Notes under the pieces: model-generated
Databases searched by the model: none
Told to the model about the DNA's origin: nothing
What the model saw: the letters and a program-made list of their open reading frames with translations, nothing else
Program-made: the position numbers and the translations under genes
From: Candidatus Latescibacterota bacterium
GTDB taxonomy: Bacteria; Latescibacterota; UBA2968; GCA-2709665
Direction: 5' to 3'
DNA length: 64,000 bases
Assembly (NCBI GenBank): GCA_965116875.1
Contig: OZ220733.1
Span: forward strand, 4,032,001 to 4,096,000
In this document: positions 1-9,510 of the stretch, piece by piece
How the letters are laid out: every line of letters begins with the position of its first letter
How positions within the stretch are numbered: the first letter of the stretch is position 1

Positions 1-2
1 TG

Positions 3-437
3 GGATATCTGTTTCTGGTCGGTCTTGGTGCGCTCGCCGCGATGGCTGTATTCGGCCTGTTTCCTCCGGGCGAGGATCCAACCCGGCTGAGCGCGGTCAC
101 GTTGCTGGCAATCGGCGCCGCCATGATGCTGTACGGGCTGCTTCCCATCGTATTCGCACGGTTCGCGGCCGAGCGCAAGATTTGGGCTTCGTTCGATCCC
201 GGCGCGATCCTGTCCGACATGGGGCGGGCGGTTCGCGGGGGGAGATACACGCAGGCGTGTCTGGGGTTCTATCTCTGCTTCGGGCTGCTGCTCCTCCTGA
301 ATCTGATATTGGGCGCGGTACCGCCGGTGGCCATGTTCGTGGGATCCATAGGCTCGTTTTATCTGATGGTGGTGTTTGCCTGGGTATTCGGATGGCTGAT
401 CGGGATCCAGAGCGCGGATGCCCCGGGATCCGGATGA
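3..437 (+). CDS. membrane protein, 5'-truncated by window edge
   Basis: Frame open from position 3; several hydrophobic helices; stop TGA at 435-437. Confidence 0.7.
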   Translation, partial: GYLFLVGLGALAAMAVFGLFPPGEDPTRLSAVTLLAIGAAMMLYGLLPIVFARFAAERKIWASFDPGAILSDMGRAVRGGRYTQACLGFYLCFGLLLLLNLILGAVPPVAMFVGSIGSFYLMVVFAWVFGWLIGIQSADAPGSG

Positions 438-439
438 GA

Positions 440-1354
440 TCAAACCTGCGCCCAGGCCGTATCGAGTACCCTTTTCGCGTTGGCGATCACGATTTCGGGC
501 GATTCTCCTTCCATCGGAGAGACTTCGAAGCTCAGAACGGGGCGCTTTTCCGGATCCAGGAATCCGACGTCGAGCAGTTCGCTGAGAAACTCCACCGCTT
601 CAGGTATATCGTTCTCGCCGTCTTCGCAGCCGAATCGAGGATGGTTGTCGCCGTAGGCCGGGTGATCCGGGTTTCGCATCACGCAGTTGCCGATATGGGC
701 GTGTACCAGATGGTCACGGGCAATTCTCACGGCATATTCAGAGCTCTCGCCCTGCAGGGGGAAATGACTCAGATCCAGCATCAATCCAAAGTTGGAATAC
801 TCCCGCCTGACCCGCGAAGACACCTCAACCGCCAGCGCGTTCGGGCCTACAAGACAATTCTTGCCAAAGGGAAGCCGGTCGAACGTTTCCAATACCACGT
901 TCATGTTCCTGCCTGCCGCGTCATCGCAAAGGCGATAAAGTGAGTCAACCAGCAGGTCCACGCCCCGCTCACGGCCTCCGGGACCGGGGTCCGTGCCCGA
1001 AAGCAGCGCGATTCCCGGGGCCCCGAGCGCCTCGGCCTGCTCGATCCCGGCCTTGACCGCGTCTACCGCGCCGAGCCTGTGGTCCTCGTCGTTGGCGTTA
1101 ATATCCAAATTGCCGCCAAGAAGGATGGGCTGGGCGCCGAAGGCCACGTCCATATGGGCGGCCGCGAGCAATTCTGCGGCATGGGCGCGCACCTCTCCGT
1201 CCTTCATGTGTGTGACTTCCACAACCTGGAAATATGGGTCCAGCGCGATTCTCTCAAGCGTTTCAAGAATCGGTCCTTCACCCCCGATGCAGGATTTGTA
1301 AGCCATAAAGTGGACGATGCCGATACGAGCGTAGTTCTGAATGGGTTCGGTCAC
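440..1354 (-). CDS. sugar phosphate isomerase/epimerase (xylose isomerase-like TIM barrel)
   Basis: Metal motifs VLE, LDLSH, HAH, SFE; GTG start at 1354 preceded by AGGAG RBS. Confidence 0.85.
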   Translation of the reverse strand: MTEPIQNYARIGIVHFMAYKSCIGGEGPILETLERIALDPYFQVVEVTHMKDGEVRAHAAELLAAAHMDVAFGAQPILLGGNLDINANDEDHRLGAVDAVKAGIEQAEALGAPGIALLSGTDPGPGGRERGVDLLVDSLYRLCDDAAGRNMNVVLETFDRLPFGKNCLVGPNALAVEVSSRVRREYSNFGLMLDLSHFPLQGESSEYAVRIARDHLVHAHIGNCVMRNPDHPAYGDNHPRFGCEDGENDIPEAVEFLSELLDVGFLDPEKRPVLSFEVSPMEGESPEIVIANAKRVLDTAWAQV

Positions 1355-1516
1355 AGCCAGTACTCCTTTCTCTCCTGCCGCAAGTGGGTTCCGAATCGCG
1401 AGGGTGGCGATTCGGGGAACGGGATTGGATTGCCGATTTCCTCCAGTCGGCACACGCCGGGAACGTGTCCGTCGGAGTTGCCCGAATCGCGCGGGCGCCG
1501 ACTGAACGGAGGTGCC

Positions 1517-1545
1517 AAAATACGCATTCGTTCCGGTGATGTCAA
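1517..1545 (-). promoter_or_regulatory. sigma70-like promoter of the isomerase gene
   Basis: TTGACA-17-TATTTT on minus strand. Confidence 0.55.
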
Positions 1546-1567
1546 TCGGCAATTCGCACTTTTCCGC

Positions 1568-1596
1568 TTGACTTTCCAGGCGTCCACGTGTATTAT
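1568..1596 (+). promoter_or_regulatory. sigma70-like promoter of tRNA-Tyr
   Basis: TTGACT-17-TATTAT, 24 nt upstream of the tRNA. Confidence 0.65.
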
Positions 1597-1620
1597 TTTC
1601 GCCCTGATTTCATGCTGAGT

Positions 1621-1706
1621 GGGGAGGTACCCAAGCGGTCAACGGGGGCAGACTGTAAATCTGTTGGCTGACGCCTTCGGTGGTTCGAATCCGCCCCTCC
1701 CCACCA
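1621..1706 (+). tRNA. tRNA-Tyr(GTA)
   Basis: Acceptor GGGGAGG/CCTCCCC-A-CCA, anticodon arm CAGA-CTGTAAA-TCTG, long variable arm, TTCGAAT T-loop. Confidence 0.97.
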
Positions 1707-1720
1707 AGTTCCGGGCTCCG

Positions 1721-1750
1721 AGCCCCTCCTGAGACAACCGGAGGGGTTTT
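1721..1750 (+). terminator. intrinsic terminator after tRNA-Tyr
   Basis: GCCCCTCC...GGAGGGGT hairpin followed by TTTT. Confidence 0.6.
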
Positions 1751-1907
1751 GTCGTGTGCCCCAAAACCGTCCGCTGCCTGCCGGGGTGCGGGTCGGCGAT
1801 CCGGGCCAGGGTCCGCGCCTCCCGCGCCCGGGCGGTCTGTGCGGGTTTCAACGCGGAGACGGGGACGTTTTCCATGTGTGCGTGTACGACGTTTTGGATA
1901 AAAACTC

Positions 1908-1936
1908 TTGACATCTGCGCCTCTATAGTATAACTT
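1908..1936 (+). promoter_or_regulatory. sigma70-like promoter of tRNA-Gly/Thr-rpmG cluster
   Basis: TTGACA-17-TAACTT with an A-rich upstream tract. Confidence 0.6.
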
Positions 1937-2006
1937 CCTAAGTCTGGAAACTTTCAGGGCGGGCCTTCGTGTGTACTCTTTTCAAAGGGGTCGTTTCCTG
2001 TGAATT

Positions 2007-2083
2007 GCGGGAATAGCTCAGTTGGCTAGAGCGTCAGCCTTCCAAGCTGAATGTCGCGGGTTCGAGTCCCGTTTCCCGCTCCA
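2007..2083 (+). tRNA. tRNA-Gly(TCC)
   Basis: GCGGGAA/TTCCCGC-T-CCA acceptor, TCAGC-CTTCCAA-GCTGA anticodon arm. Confidence 0.97.
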
Positions 2084-2136
2084 AAAACCCGCGGGCTGCG
2101 GTATCAGCCCTTTTCTGTCGTCCATACAGGGTCATG

Positions 2137-2212
2137 GCCCATGTAGCTCAGTCGGTAGAGCACCTCCTTGGTAAGGAGGAGGTCACCGGTTCAAGTCCGG
2201 TCGTGGGCTCCA
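2137..2212 (+). tRNA. tRNA-Thr(GGT)
   Basis: GCCCATG/CGTGGGC-T-CCA acceptor, anticodon GGT, TTCAAGT T-loop. Confidence 0.97.
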
Positions 2213-2234
2213 GAATACCATCCAGGCACCAACG

Positions 2235-2387
2235 ATGCCCAGAGATCTGATTACATTGGCCTGCGCCGACTGCGCGCGCCGGAACTATACGACGAACAAG
2301 AATCGGCGTTTGCACCCGGACCGTGTCGAGTTCAAGAAATATTGCAGGTTCTGTCGTAAGCATACCCGGCACCGGGAGACTCGCTGA
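2235..2387 (+). CDS. rpmG: 50S ribosomal protein L33 (Zn-binding type)
   Basis: Manually translated 50 aa [23 protein letters not shown]...[17 protein letters not shown]; below the ORF track cut-off. Confidence 0.95.
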   Translation: MPRDLITLACADCARRNYTTNKNRRLHPDRVEFKKYCRFCRKHTRHRETR

Positions 2388-2412
2388 GTTTCAGGGTTTG
2401 CTGCTGATTGAA

Positions 2413-2470
2413 CAGCCCGTTGGAAAAGTCCATCCGGCCTCCCCTGCAGAGCGACTTTGTCAACGGACTG
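2413..2470. mobile_element. family A MITE-like element, 58 bp short form
   Basis: 18 bp TIRs CAGCCCGTTGGAAAAGTC / GACTTTGTCAACGGACTG (15/18); 53/58 identical to 26370-26427. Confidence 0.75.
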
Positions 2471-2478
2471 GTAGGGTT

Positions 2479-2554
2479 AGGGCAGTAGCTCAATTGGTAG
2501 AGCACCGGTCTCCAAAACCGGCGGTTGCGGGTTCGATTCCTGCCTGCCCTGCCA
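2479..2554 (+). tRNA. tRNA-Trp(CCA)
   Basis: AGGGCAG/CTGCCCT-G-CCA acceptor, CCGGT-CTCCAAA-ACCGG anticodon arm. Confidence 0.97.
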
Positions 2555-2716
2555 TTTTCCTCCGAAACAGCCACCTGGCCCGCACCCGAGTTCGGCAGGC
2601 TCCTACAGGACCCGGGTTTCTTTTGCCAATCCCCATCAACCCGCGACGACCCGGCACTCTGATGCTCATTCCCGGGTTGCTACAGGTGTTGGGGCGTTTC
2701 CCTGGCGGTATACCCG

Positions 2717-2902
2717 ATGTTCGCGAAAGTGGCGCAGTTCATTAAAGACGTGCAGCTTGAAATGGGCAAGGTCACGTGGCCGACCCGGGACGAGCTGATC
2801 GCTTCCACAACGATTGTGCTGGTGGTTTCGCTGGTCCTCTCCGTGTTTATTTTTGCCGTAGATTTCGTGCTTTCGCTGGTTCGCAGGTTTGGAATGAGTT
2901 GA
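2717..2902 (+). CDS. secE: preprotein translocase SecE
   Basis: EMGKVTWP motif plus one TM helix; between tRNA-Trp and nusG. Confidence 0.95.
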   Translation: MFAKVAQFIKDVQLEMGKVTWPTRDELIASTTIVLVVSLVLSVFIFAVDFVLSLVRRFGMS

Positions 2903-2936
2903 CGGCCCCAGGTTCACCAACAGTGAGTGATGCCCC

Positions 2937-3476
2937 ATGGCAATGCGCTGGTATGTCGTACATACCTATTCGGGACACGAAAACAAGGTGCGTTCCTATC
3001 TCGAAGGCGCCAAGGAAGGCACCGAGGTTGAGGAAAGGATCAACCGGGTCGTGGTTCCCACCGAAGAGGTCGTGGAGATGAAGGACGGGAGGAAGACGAC
3101 CTCCTTCAGGAAATTTCTACCCAGCTACATTCTGGTCGAAATGGAAATGGACAAGGAGACGATGCACTTTGTCACCAATGTGCCGGGCGTTACAAGCTTT
3201 GTCGGGCCGGGCAAGCGTCCCCAGCCGCTTCACGAAAAAGAAGTGGAGCACGTGCTGGGACACGTGGACCGGCGTCAGGAGCAGGACGATCAGGAAATAC
3301 CGTATCAGGTCGGAGATCGGGTCAAGGTTATCGACGGTCCCTTCAGCGAGTTCATCGGCATGGTCGACGTCGTGAATCCGGAGAAGAGAAAGATCAAGGT
3401 GATGGTGAGCATTTTCGGCAGAAACACGCCGGTGGAGCTGGATGTCCTTCAGGTTGAAGAGGCCGTGGAAGGGTAA
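2937..3476 (+). CDS. nusG: transcription factor NusG
   Basis: [12 protein letters not shown]-terminus, KOW motif [21 protein letters not shown]. Confidence 0.98.
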   Translation: MAMRWYVVHTYSGHENKVRSYLEGAKEGTEVEERINRVVVPTEEVVEMKDGRKTTSFRKFLPSYILVEMEMDKETMHFVTNVPGVTSFVGPGKRPQPLHEKEVEHVLGHVDRRQEQDDQEIPYQVGDRVKVIDGPFSEFIGMVDVVNPEKRKIKVMVSIFGRNTPVELDVLQVEEAVEG

Positions 3477-3480
3477 TGCG

Positions 3481-3906
3481 ATGGCAAAGAAGATAATGAC
3501 GACGATTAAACTTCAGATTCCGGCGGGACAGGCATCTCCCACGCCCCCGGTCGGGCCGGCGCTCGGCCAGCATGGGGTCAATATCATGGAGTTCTGCCAG
3601 GCGTTTAACGCACAGACCCAGGACAAGCAGGGATTGATCGTTCCCGCCGTCATCACCGTGTTTGCGGATCGCAGTTTTTCCTTCATCACGAAAAGCCCGC
3701 CCGCCGCGGTGTTGTTGAAGAGGGCAGCGGGTCTGGAGAAGGGATCGCCGGAATCCAATCGAACCAAAGTCGGCAGTGTCAGGCGGGATCAGGTTCGGGA
3801 AATTGCCGAAATGAAGATGGAAGATCTGAATGCCGGCAGTCTGGAAACCGCCGTACGCATGATTGAAGGAACGGCGCGAAGCGCAGGTATTACGGTCGAA
3901 GATTAG
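3481..3906 (+). CDS. rplK: 50S ribosomal protein L11
   Basis: [18 protein letters not shown] motif. Confidence 0.98.
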   Translation: MAKKIMTTIKLQIPAGQASPTPPVGPALGQHGVNIMEFCQAFNAQTQDKQGLIVPAVITVFADRSFSFITKSPPAAVLLKRAAGLEKGSPESNRTKVGSVRRDQVREIAEMKMEDLNAGSLETAVRMIEGTARSAGITVED

Positions 3907-3919
3907 GAGGACCATGACG

Positions 3920-4618
3920 ATGGCCGGGCGCAACGGTAAGCGATACAGGACGGCGCTTTCCGGTATTGATCGGCGAGCGCAGTATTCAATCGAAGACGCG
4001 GTTTCCCGGCTGAAAGAAATGCCGGCGCCGAAATTCGATCAGACGGTAGAAATGGCGATGCGGCTGGGCGTGGACCCGCGTCAGGCCGATCAGCAGATCC
4101 GCGGTACAGTGATGCTGCCGCACGGGCTCGGAAAGACGATTGTCGTGGTCGTGTTCGCCAAGGGGGAACAGGCCGCGGCAGCCGAAGCAGCGGGAGCGGA
4201 CGTTGTGGGTGCCGACGATCTGGGCGAACGAATCAACGGTGGCTGGACCGATTTCGACGTGGCCATCGCGGCGCCGGACATGATGAGCGTTGTCGGGCGC
4301 CTGGGAAGGATTCTGGGCCCCAGAGGGTTGATGCCCAACCCCAAGAGCGGCACGGTTACACCGGACGTGGCCCGGGCGGTGGCGGAAGCCAAGGCGGGCC
4401 GCGTGGAGTATCGGGCGGACCGGAACGGGAACGTCCACGCGCCCGTGGGCCGAATGTCATTTGATGAAGGCCGGCTGGTCGAGAATGTACGAACGCTTTT
4501 CGATACGATTCTCCGCGCGCGTCCTTCATCCGCCAAGGGACAGTACGTCAGGTCCGTAACCCTCGCGACCACCATGGGGCCGGGCGTACGGATCGATCGA
4601 TCCAGCGTGACGAACTGA
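3920..4618 (+). CDS. rplA: 50S ribosomal protein L1
   Basis: [20 protein letters not shown]; AGGAGG RBS favours ATG 3920 (alternative 3914). Confidence 0.97.
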   Translation: MAGRNGKRYRTALSGIDRRAQYSIEDAVSRLKEMPAPKFDQTVEMAMRLGVDPRQADQQIRGTVMLPHGLGKTIVVVVFAKGEQAAAAEAAGADVVGADDLGERINGGWTDFDVAIAAPDMMSVVGRLGRILGPRGLMPNPKSGTVTPDVARAVAEAKAGRVEYRADRNGNVHAPVGRMSFDEGRLVENVRTLFDTILRARPSSAKGQYVRSVTLATTMGPGVRIDRSSVTN

Positions 4619-4650
4619 CCGCGGGAATCCGCGCAAACGAAGGGAAGAGG

Positions 4651-5187
4651 ATGCCAACGGATGAAAAAGTCAGCGCTGTCGAGGAATTAACCCGTCTGAT
4701 AAGCCGGTCTCAGGGGTTTTATCTGGCCGATTTCACCGGGCTGGATGTCCCCGATGTCACCCGGCTTCGAAAACGACTGCGCGACGAGGACATCATCTAT
4801 CGGGTCGTCAAGAACCGTCTGGCCGTGATCGCCGTAAAAAACGCCGGGATTCAGGGACTGGAAGAGGTTTTGCAGGGACCGACCGGCCTGGCAAGTTCGG
4901 AAACCGATCCCGTTGCGGCGGTACGGCTGCTTCACGAATTCGCATCGGAGACCGACGGCCTGCCTAGGGTCAAGGGCGGCTTTGCGGACGGACGGGTCTT
5001 TCGGGAGGATCAGCTGGAGGCGCTGGCCCGGCTTCCATCGAGGGAAGTGTTGCTGGGACAGTTGGTTTCCTCGGTTCAGAGCCCGCTGAGCGGACTGGTG
5101 TTCTGTCTGGGCGGCCTGATCCAGAGCCTGGTTATGGTTCTGAACGAAATTGCAGGGAAGAAAGGTGAAGCCGCGGAGGAGAATTAA
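4651..5187 (+). CDS. rplJ: 50S ribosomal protein L10
   Basis: [16 protein letters not shown]; synteny. Confidence 0.95.
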   Translation: MPTDEKVSAVEELTRLISRSQGFYLADFTGLDVPDVTRLRKRLRDEDIIYRVVKNRLAVIAVKNAGIQGLEEVLQGPTGLASSETDPVAAVRLLHEFASETDGLPRVKGGFADGRVFREDQLEALARLPSREVLLGQLVSSVQSPLSGLVFCLGGLIQSLVMVLNEIAGKKGEAAEEN

Positions 5188-5239
5188 ACATTTTCTAAAT
5201 CCGTTTCCATCATCAGGATAAGACGTATGGAGGACGTTC

Positions 5240-5620
5240 ATGGCAATCGCAGACATTATAGATGAAATCGAGAAGCTTTCCGTACTGGAATTGGCCGAGC
5301 TTGTCAAAGCGCTCGAAGAAAAATTCGGCGTGAGCGCCCAGGCGATGGTCGCCGCGCCCGCGGCCGGCGCCGGCGCCGGAGCGGACGGAGAGACTGAAGA
5401 AGAAGAACAGACGGAATTCGACGTCGTGTTAAACGACATCGGCGACAAGAAGATTCAGGTGATCAAGGTGGTACGCAGCGTCACGAGCCTTGGGCTGAAA
5501 GAAGCCAAGGAACTCGTCGACGGTGCGCCTCAAAGCGTGAAGGAGGGCGTCTCCAGGGAGGAGGCCGACCAGATCAAAGCCGAACTGGAGGAGGTAGGAG
5601 CCGTTGTTGAGATAAAATAG
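5240..5620 (+). CDS. rplL: 50S ribosomal protein L7/L12
   Basis: [23 protein letters not shown]. Confidence 0.98.
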   Translation: MAIADIIDEIEKLSVLELAELVKALEEKFGVSAQAMVAAPAAGAGAGADGETEEEEQTEFDVVLNDIGDKKIQVIKVVRSVTSLGLKEAKELVDGAPQSVKEGVSREEADQIKAELEEVGAVVEIK

Positions 5621-5683
5621 CCGGACCGAACTGCATTCCTGCCTTCAATCATTGGTCGATTTCACCAGAGGAGCGTGATCATC

Positions 5684-8600
5684 TTGGCGAAAAAAGGACT
5701 TATAGACAGGAAGTCGTACGGTAAGATCGCTTCTGCCATCGAAATGCCGAATCTTCTGGATATCCAGATCGATTCTTACAACTGGTTTTTGCAGAAGGAT
5801 GTACCGCCTGGCGAACGCGGCAAGCAGGGTCTCCAGGCGGTTTTCCATAGCATTTTTCCCATCAGCGACGTTCACAGGCTGTTTTCGCTTGAGTTTGTCG
5901 ACTATTCCATCGGCACGCCCAAATACGACGTGGGCGAATGTCTGGAGCGCGGCACGACCTACGCGGTTCCTCTCCGTGCCACGCTGAGACTGATTTCCCG
6001 GGAGAAGCAGGACAACAAGGAGTTTCGGATCAAGGATATCGTGGAACAGACGGTATTCCTGGGTGAACTGCCCTTGATGACGGACGAGGGCACGTTCATT
6101 GTCAACGGCTCCGAGCGAGTGATCGTAAGCCAGCTCCACAGGTCTCCCGGTGTCTTTTTCGATGAAACCATTCACCCCAACGGGAAACGTCTCTATTCCG
6201 CCCGGATCATTCCATACAAGGGCGCATGGCTGGAATTCAGTCTGGACATAAACGATATAATGTACGTCCATATAGACAGGAAACGGAAGCTTCCGTTTAC
6301 CACTTTCCTGCGCGCGCTGGGCTTCGGCCGGAACGAAGAAATCCTGAGTCTCTTTCACGAGAACACGAAGGCGGGAGTCGACGAGGAACTGGTCGGCGCG
6401 GTCGCGATGGAGGACGTGGTCGACAAAAAGACAGGCGAAGTGATCGTCGAGGCCTACCAGACCGTGACGGAAGAGCATGTGCAGGCGTTGAAGGAGGCAC
6501 GAGTCAACCATCTGACCGTACTGGACGTGGACGCCGAGAACGATGGCGGCGTCATTGCCAACACCCTGCAGAAGGATCCCTGTGACAACGAAGAAGAAGC
6601 GCTCTCCCGCATCTACAATCTGCTGCGTCCGGGTGACCCGCCGAATCTCGAGACCGCTCGCGGCCTGCTCGAACGCCAGTTCTTCAGCCCAAAGCGCTAT
6701 CAATTGGGCGAGGTCGGTCGTTACCGTTTGAATCAACGCCTGAATCTCGACATTCCCCTTGAGTTTACCACGCTGTGCATTGAGGATTTTCACAGGGTAA
6801 TTCAGTATCTGCTCGTTCTGTTCAAGGGTGAGGGCTATACGGACGACATCGACCATCTGGGCAATCGTCGCATCCGGACCGTCGGAGAACTCCTGTCCTA
6901 TCACTTCTCGACAGGTCTGGTCAGAATGGCCCGGACGATCAGAGAGCGGATGAGTCTCAGGGACACGGAACAGATTACGCCGCAGGATCTGGTCAATGCC
7001 CGGACGGTATCGACGGTGGTGCAGGCCTTCTTCGGCAGCAGCCAGCTCTCCCAGTTCCTGCAGCAGACCAACCCATTGGACGAGCTGTCCCATAAGCGGC
7101 GGTTGTCTGCGCTGGGCCCCGGTGGCCTGACACGGGACAGGGCCGGATTCGAGGTTCGCGACGTACACCATACGCACTACGGACGTATCTGCCCCATCGA
7201 AACGCCCGAAGGTCCCAATATCGGACTCATCGCGAACATTTCCACCTACGCAAAAATCAACGCCCTGGGGTTTCTCGAAACCCCGTACCGTGTCGTGAAA
7301 AACGGACGGGTGACCTCCAGGATCGAGTATCTTTCCGCGGACGAGGAAGACAAACACACGATCGCCCAGGCAAACGCAATGCTCGACGCCGACGGGCGGT
7401 TCCGGGATTCCGCCGTACAGGCGCGAAGGCGAGGCGACTTCCCGCTCGTGGACCCCTCGGAAGTGGACTATATGGATGTCTCCCCCTGCCAGCTGGTCAG
7501 TACGGCGGCATCCCTGATTCCGTTTCTGGAACACGACGATGCCAACCGTGCGCTGATGGGCTCGAATATGCAACGGCAGGCGGTTCCGCTGCTCCGGACT
7601 GAAGCGCCGTTCGTGGGTACCGGAATGGAACACGCGGTCGCTGTGGATTCCAGGGCGGTCGTAACGGCGAGGAGCCCGGGAACCGTCACCTACGTCAGCG
7701 CGGACAAGATTGTGGTCAAACGGCGCAAGGGGCGCGACGTGGAGATGATCGACCTGTTCGACGAAGACGTCTACCGGCTGATCAAATTCAAACGGTCGAA
7801 TCAGGATTTCTGTATCAGCCAGAAGCCGCACGTTCAGGTCGGCGACCGGGTTGACGCGGGCGACCTGCTGGCCGACGGTTGCGCTACGGACCGGGGAGAC
7901 CTCGCACTCGGAGCGAACGTGCTTTGCGCGTTCATGTCGTGGAACGGATACAATTTCGAAGACGCGATCATCGTGTCCGAACGACTGTTGAAGAAAGATA
8001 TCTTCACTTCTATTTCCATAGAGGAGTTCGAGCTCCAGGTGCGTGACACCAAGAGGGGCGTGGAGGAAATCACCAGGGAAATTCCGAACGTCAGCGAGCA
8101 GGCCGTGCGCAACCTGGACGAACAGGGCATCGTTCGGGCGGGCGCGGAGGTGACGTCCGGGGACATTCTCGTGGGCAAGGTAACGCCCAAGGGTGAAACG
8201 GAACTCTCGCCCGAAGAGCGCCTCCTGCGTGCGATTTTCGGAGAAAAAGCGGGGGACGTCCGAGACGCGTCTCTGAAAGCGCCGTCCGGAATGGACGGTG
8301 TCGTGATGGACCGGAAGGTTTTTTCACGAAAAGACAGGGAAAAAACCCGAAAGGCCGACAAGGAGAAAACCGCCGCGGTCAAGAAACAGATCCAGGAGAA
8401 AATCAAGTCCATAAAGGACAGCAGAGACGAACAGGTGGCGGAGTTGCTGCGGGGCAAAAAGCTGAATCTGTTGCTGCACACGGAAGACGGCTCGGTAGCT
8501 GCCCGCAAGGGAAGGGTATTCGACGAGAAACTGGCGGAAAAACTCGATCTGGACGTCGTGAGACCGGACGAATCCTGGGTCGACGACGACGGGGTCAACC

Positions 8601-9451
8601 GGAAAGTAGAACGCATTGTCGAACTGTCCGAGAAACTGGTTCTGGCCGCGGACGACGAACTGGAGCGGGAACTCGAAAAAATCGCCCGTGGCGACGAACT
8701 GCCGCCGGGCATCGTGCAGCTTGTCAAGGTGTATATCGCACGCAAGCGAAAGCTGATGGTCGGCGACAAGATGGCGGGACGCCACGGCAACAAGGGAGTG
8801 GTTTCGATTATCGTACCTGAGGAGGATATGCCGTATCTGCCCGACGGTACCCCGATCGATATTATCCTGAACCCGCTGGGCGTTCCTTCCCGGATGAATC
8901 TCGGACAGATCCTCGAGACCCATCTCGGCTGGGCGGCCAGGGCGCTGGACCTTCACGTCGCCTCGCCGGTCTTCGACGGCGCATCCCTGGAGGATATCAA
9001 GTCGGCGCTTGACCAGGCCAGTCTGCCGGAGTCCGGCAAGACGGTGCTGTTCGACGGCAAGACCGGAAAGCCGTTCGACAAGGAAGTCATGGTCGGTTAC
9101 ATATATATGTTGAAGCTGTCGCATCTGGTCAGCGACAAGATCCATGCGCGCTCCATCGGACCCTATTCGCTGGTAACGCAACAGCCCCTTGGCGGCAAGG
9201 CGCAGTTCGGAGGCCAGCGATTCGGCGAGATGGAGGTGTGGGCACTGGAGGCCTACGGCGCCGCATATATGCTGCAGGAGATGCTGACGGTCAAGTCCGA
9301 TGACGTTGCAGGACGTTCAAAGATCTACGAAGCGATCGTAAAGGGCGAGAATCCACCTGAACCGGGTGTTCCCGAGTCCTTCAACGTGCTGGTGAAGGAA
9401 TTGCAGAGCCTCTGTCTGGACGTGGTCCTGGAGAATGGTCAGGGTGGATAG
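5684..9451 (+). CDS. rpoB: RNA polymerase beta subunit
   Basis: [24 protein letters not shown]; TTG 5684 fits the GAGGAG RBS (alternative GTG 5675). Confidence 0.99.
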   Translation: MAKKGLIDRKSYGKIASAIEMPNLLDIQIDSYNWFLQKDVPPGERGKQGLQAVFHSIFPISDVHRLFSLEFVDYSIGTPKYDVGECLERGTTYAVPLRATLRLISREKQDNKEFRIKDIVEQTVFLGELPLMTDEGTFIVNGSERVIVSQLHRSPGVFFDETIHPNGKRLYSARIIPYKGAWLEFSLDINDIMYVHIDRKRKLPFTTFLRALGFGRNEEILSLFHENTKAGVDEELVGAVAMEDVVDKKTGEVIVEAYQTVTEEHVQALKEARVNHLTVLDVDAENDGGVIANTLQKDPCDNEEEALSRIYNLLRPGDPPNLETARGLLERQFFSPKRYQLGEVGRYRLNQRLNLDIPLEFTTLCIEDFHRVIQYLLVLFKGEGYTDDIDHLGNRRIRTVGELLSYHFSTGLVRMARTIRERMSLRDTEQITPQDLVNARTVSTVVQAFFGSSQLSQFLQQTNPLDELSHKRRLSALGPGGLTRDRAGFEVRDVHHTHYGRICPIETPEGPNIGLIANISTYAKINALGFLETPYRVVKNGRVTSRIEYLSADEEDKHTIAQANAMLDADGRFRDSAVQARRRGDFPLVDPSEVDYMDVSPCQLVSTAASLIPFLEHDDANRALMGSNMQRQAVPLLRTEAPFVGTGMEHAVAVDSRAVVTARSPGTVTYVSADKIVVKRRKGRDVEMIDLFDEDVYRLIKFKRSNQDFCISQKPHVQVGDRVDAGDLLADGCATDRGDLALGANVLCAFMSWNGYNFEDAIIVSERLLKKDIFTSISIEEFELQVRDTKRGVEEITREIPNVSEQAVRNLDEQGIVRAGAEVTSGDILVGKVTPKGETELSPEERLLRAIFGEKAGDVRDASLKAPSGMDGVVMDRKVFSRKDREKTRKADKEKTAAVKKQIQEKIKSIKDSRDEQVAELLRGKKLNLLLHTEDGSVAARKGRVFDEKLAEKLDLDVVRPDESWVDDDGVNRKVERIVELSEKLVLAADDELERELEKIARGDELPPGIVQLVKVYIARKRKLMVGDKMAGRHGNKGVVSIIVPEEDMPYLPDGTPIDIILNPLGVPSRMNLGQILETHLGWAARALDLHVASPVFDGASLEDIKSALDQASLPESGKTVLFDGKTGKPFDKEVMVGYIYMLKLSHLVSDKIHARSIGPYSLVTQQPLGGKAQFGGQRFGEMEVWALEAYGAAYMLQEMLTVKSDDVAGRSKIYEAIVKGENPPEPGVPESFNVLVKELQSLCLDVVLENGQGG

Positions 9452-9510
9452 GTACCGATAGCGGGGTCATCTTTTCGTTTGATTTCGATCGCAAAAAGGG
9501 GGTAAGGCCC

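Noticed and set aside
1639-2745. ORFs overlapping the tRNA genes
   Set aside because: Spurious translations of tRNA sequence
4619-4650. L10 leader regulatory RNA
   Set aside because: Spacer is only 32 bp; no recognisable leader structure
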